Source of the DNA: Callorhinchus milii
Lineage: Eukaryota
Reading direction: 5' to 3'
DNA: 64,000 bases
NCBI RefSeq assembly: GCF_018977255.1
Contig: NW_024705102.1
Span: 1 to 64,000 of the forward strand
The notes beneath the pieces are model-generated. The model made no database searches and was not told the DNA's origin. It saw nothing but the letters and a program-made list of their open reading frames with translations. Shown piece by piece: positions 62,823 to 64,000 of the stretch. The position numbers and the translations under genes were made by a program. How positions within the stretch are numbered: position 1 is the stretch's first letter; the number at the start of each line of letters is the position of its first letter.

Positions 62823-63500
62823 GATTCCTTTTCAACTAGTTCACTCATGAAGGTCAAAAAACCACAGTTAAATATTATTTTTTATCCAGAAAATTGTGTT
62901 ATAGCCCAAAATACTCACGAGCCCAAAGTAGCGAGCATAAACATATCAAAGGATTATATGAAGAAGAATTGATCATGGAAGTTGAATTGACGGCCAAACC
63001 CACATGTACTTAAGCATGTTAGAAACCTAACGAGAGAGAGAGAAGAGAGAGATGTGGAGCAGTGGGGAAGGAGTTATAGCGGGGTCGTTTATATCGAGAT
63101 ATTGGTTGAGGAAAGGATCGACATTGCTTCTAAAATATCAGAAATCAATCATGTATCGGTCTTTGGTAAATTATAAAAGGAAAGTCAAGTGACCTCTTAG
63201 GTTGATAATTATTAGTGACTCACAGCGGCTTCAGCGTTGTGACAGCTTATGTGTAAAATGAATGTGTCTCTTCAAAATGCTTGTAATTTTAGTTGAAGTG
63301 TATGTATTTCCAATACTCTCTGCACTTAGTTACTTACTCACTGAACCAATGAATCATCACCTAATTTAGAAAAAATCTCCTGCGTCATCTTTCGTTATCT
63401 TGTTCTTCAAAAGATTGGTAATTCATATAGAATCTGTGTGAAATGTAACTACAGTGAGAGCAGCAAAGGTCGAGTTTGATACTGATATCAGCGCCTTTTA
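62822..63500 (+). repeat. Inverted copy of the GPCR-3 3' flank (51300-51985)
   Basis: e.g. atatcaaaggattatatgaa..gaattgatc..gaagttgaattgacggccaaa is the reverse complement of 51805-51860; NYQSFEEQDNER vs NYHSSEEKDNER in spurious ORFs. Confidence 0.88.
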
Positions 63501-63519
63501 CACACGGGGAAAAACATGT

Positions 63520-64000
63520 TCCACCATGGTCTTGTTGGGTTCGCTGCCCCAGCCCGAGCCTATGGGCTAATGCCATCCGACTGACCGCTCGTTCCCGTTC
63601 TCCGCGTGCGCACTATGGCTGCCGCTTTGACCCAAGACACCTCACCCCTTCCCTCCCTCCCCCCTCCCCACAAATCCTCATCCCCTCTGCATCTCTCCAA
63701 CTCTGTCCTCCTCTCTCTACGTCCCTCTCGCCTTCTATTCCATATTGACCCTCCCACAACCTCCCTCTGTTCCAACCTGGGAATCCTCCGCCGGCCGGGC
63801 TCACCGTGGCACTCGGCGTTGGCTGTCCAGCAGCAGCCACACCGACTGCCCCATTCCACACCACACTCGCCAGCCACCCCGGACACAGATCCAGGGAGCC
63901 AACAATTCCTTCCTTATCCCCATTTCTCCCACCCCTGCCTCACAACCTGGACCCCCCTCCCTCCCCACACAGCCTTCTGTCAACTGCTCCCTCCACATCA
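63520..64000 (+). mobile_element. 5' part of a second L2 copy, continuing beyond the window
   Basis: ccgcgtgcgcactatggctgccgctttgacccaag and the following ~400 nt match 59430-59830. Confidence 0.92.

Overview
Repeat-rich eukaryotic genomic DNA, most likely from a cartilaginous fish (inferred from the CR1/L2 LINEs, a DeuSINE/AmnSINE-type tRNA SINE and GPR139-like receptor paralogues). There are two assembly gaps. The window holds three two-exon class A GPCR genes of the GPR139/GPR142-like group: 12638-14849 (-), 24012-26486 (+) and 52591-55426 (-). All have the same phase-1 intron in TM1 and an NF-kB-like site immediately upstream of a TATA box. Genes 2 and 3 lie in a ~7 kb inverted segmental duplication; their frameshifts are all homopolymer shortenings and may be sequencing errors. 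Between them is a spliced, disabled Ig-superfamily receptor gene (signal peptide, V domain, C2 domain, tandem 42-48 nt mini-exons) resembling the CD4/LAG-3/G6F-like family. The rest is a near-intact L2 LINE (59190-62820), older L2/CR1 fragments, tRNA-Ala-derived SINEs that share the L2 3' tail, Penelope-type hammerhead relics, and minisatellites derived from SINE and CR1 pieces. Family assignments rest on motif recognition by eye, not database searches, and repeat boundaries are approximate.
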